NCBI GenBank assembly: GCA_964016885.1
Contig: OZ024741.1
Span: 270,134,001 to 270,198,000 of the forward strand
Source of the DNA: Eledone cirrhosa
Lineage: Eukaryota
Direction of reading: 5' to 3'
Length of the DNA: 64,000 bases
Positions 63,736 to 64,000 of this stretch are shown here, in pieces. Position 1 is the stretch's first letter; every line of letters starts with the position of its first letter. The position numbers and the translations under genes were made by a program. The notes below the pieces were generated by a model. That model was not told where the DNA came from and did no database searches. It saw only the letters and a program-made list of their open reading frames with translations.

Positions 63736-64000
63736 TATGTGGCTGTCAGTATGTATGTGTCTGTCTATAGGTAGTTAGTGTGAATGTGGCTGTTAGTATG
63801 TATGTGTCTGTCTATAGGTAGTTAGTGTGAATGTGGCTGTCAGTATGTATCTGTCTGTCTATAGGTAGTTAGTGTGAATGTAGCTGTCAGTATGTATGTG
63901 TCTGTCTATAGGTAGTTAGTGTGAATGTGGCTGTCAGTATATATGTGTCTGTCTATAGGCAGTTAGTGTGAATGTGGCTGTCAGTATGTATGTGTCTGTC
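60780..64000. repeat. Nested higher-order repeat, 43 monomers (2,021 bp), continuing off the right edge (also at ~50.5-53.4 kb)
   Basis: GTCAATAGG 50559/52580 and GTGTGTATG 61715/63736, both at offset 2,021. These copies are more diverged than the 10-kb copies (e.g. TCTGGCT vs TCTAGCT, TTTGCCT vs TGTGCCT). Confidence 0.85.

Larger units (their letters stand above)
1..64000. repeat. Tandem satellite array of a 47-bp monomer (GTCAGTATGTATGTGTCTGTCTATAGGTAGTTAGTGTGAATGTGGCT), ~1,362 copies, single orientation, truncated by both window edges
   Basis: The monomer recurs every 47 bp (starts at 1, 48, 95...). Phase checks at 60-monomer (2,820-bp) intervals hold at 27601, 30421, 33241, 36061, 38881 and at 43441, 46261, 49081, 51901, 54721, 57541, 60361, 63181. 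Most monomers match the consensus or carry 1-3 substitutions. Total length offset is 36 bp of deletions before 26.8 kb and +1 bp at ~40901. Confidence 0.99.

Noticed and set aside
1-64000. CRISPR array (47-bp repeat is within the direct-repeat size range)
   Set aside because: Monomers abut directly with no unique spacers, leader or cas genes, and there is no substantial hairpin.
1-64000. Repetitive protein-coding ORF on either strand
   Set aside because: The + strand monomer has three TAG and one TGA, and the - strand has TAA, TAG and TGA. Because 47 is not divisible by 3, every stop falls in every frame within three monomers, so no ORF can exceed a few dozen codons in the standard code.
1-64000. 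Canonical telomerase-made telomere (TTAGGG/TTAGG/TTTAGGG)
   Set aside because: No canonical repeat is present, only TATAGG and TTAG fragments. Variant order is copied over kilobases, which a short RNA template would not produce.
1-64000. An invariant protein-binding box (CENP-B-box-like) within the monomer
   Set aside because: Variants were seen at about 40 of 47 positions. The few apparently invariant positions (2, 7, 18, 31, 32, 41) are scattered and do not form a box, and there is no CENP-B box consensus.
1-64000. Variant monomers as a diversified cassette library or coded information (DGR/antigenic-variation-like)
   Set aside because: There is no associated ORF, reverse transcriptase or recombinase. 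Substitutions are not adenine-specific, and the variant order is explained by nested duplication.
1-64000. Rolling-circle/concatemer sequencing artefact or random sequencing noise
   Set aside because: Rare variants and indels recur in identical ordered contexts at several nested periods with graded divergence. This fits inherited mutations, not independent read errors or a single circular template. Individual large doublings could still be assembly errors.
1-64000. Embedded transposon, rRNA/tRNA gene, inversion or unique island
   Set aside because: The 47-bp phase is accounted for across the entire window, and no reverse-orientation monomer (AGCCACATTCACAC...) or non-repeat segment was seen.

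Overview
The whole 64,000-bp window is one uninterrupted head-to-tail tandem array (satellite/large minisatellite) of a 47-bp monomer, consensus GTCAGTATGTATGTGTCTGTCTATAGGTAGTTAGTGTGAATGTGGCT. By phase counting there are about 1,362 full monomers plus a 21-bp partial one, all in the same orientation, and the array runs off both ends. I found no CDS, RNA gene, transposon, CRISPR spacer or unique sequence. The monomer is 40% GC, strongly strand-skewed (15 G, 19 T, 9 A, 4 C), lacks CpG and looks assembled from tetranucleotide microsatellite words. The informative signal is in the variant monomers, whose order reveals near-identical tandem duplications with periods of 2,908 bp (62 monomers), 4,556 bp (97), 6,862 bp (146) and 10,387/10,293 bp (221/219). 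These are nested over older or smaller periods of 3, 5, 8, 29, 36, 43 and about 162-164 monomers. All deletion-bearing monomers lie in the first ~26.8 kb. The host is probably a eukaryote but cannot be identified, and I cannot assign the repeat to a named family. Function (centromeric, subtelomeric/telomeric, transcribed) is not determinable from this window. Coordinates were counted by eye, so duplication boundaries are good to about one monomer.
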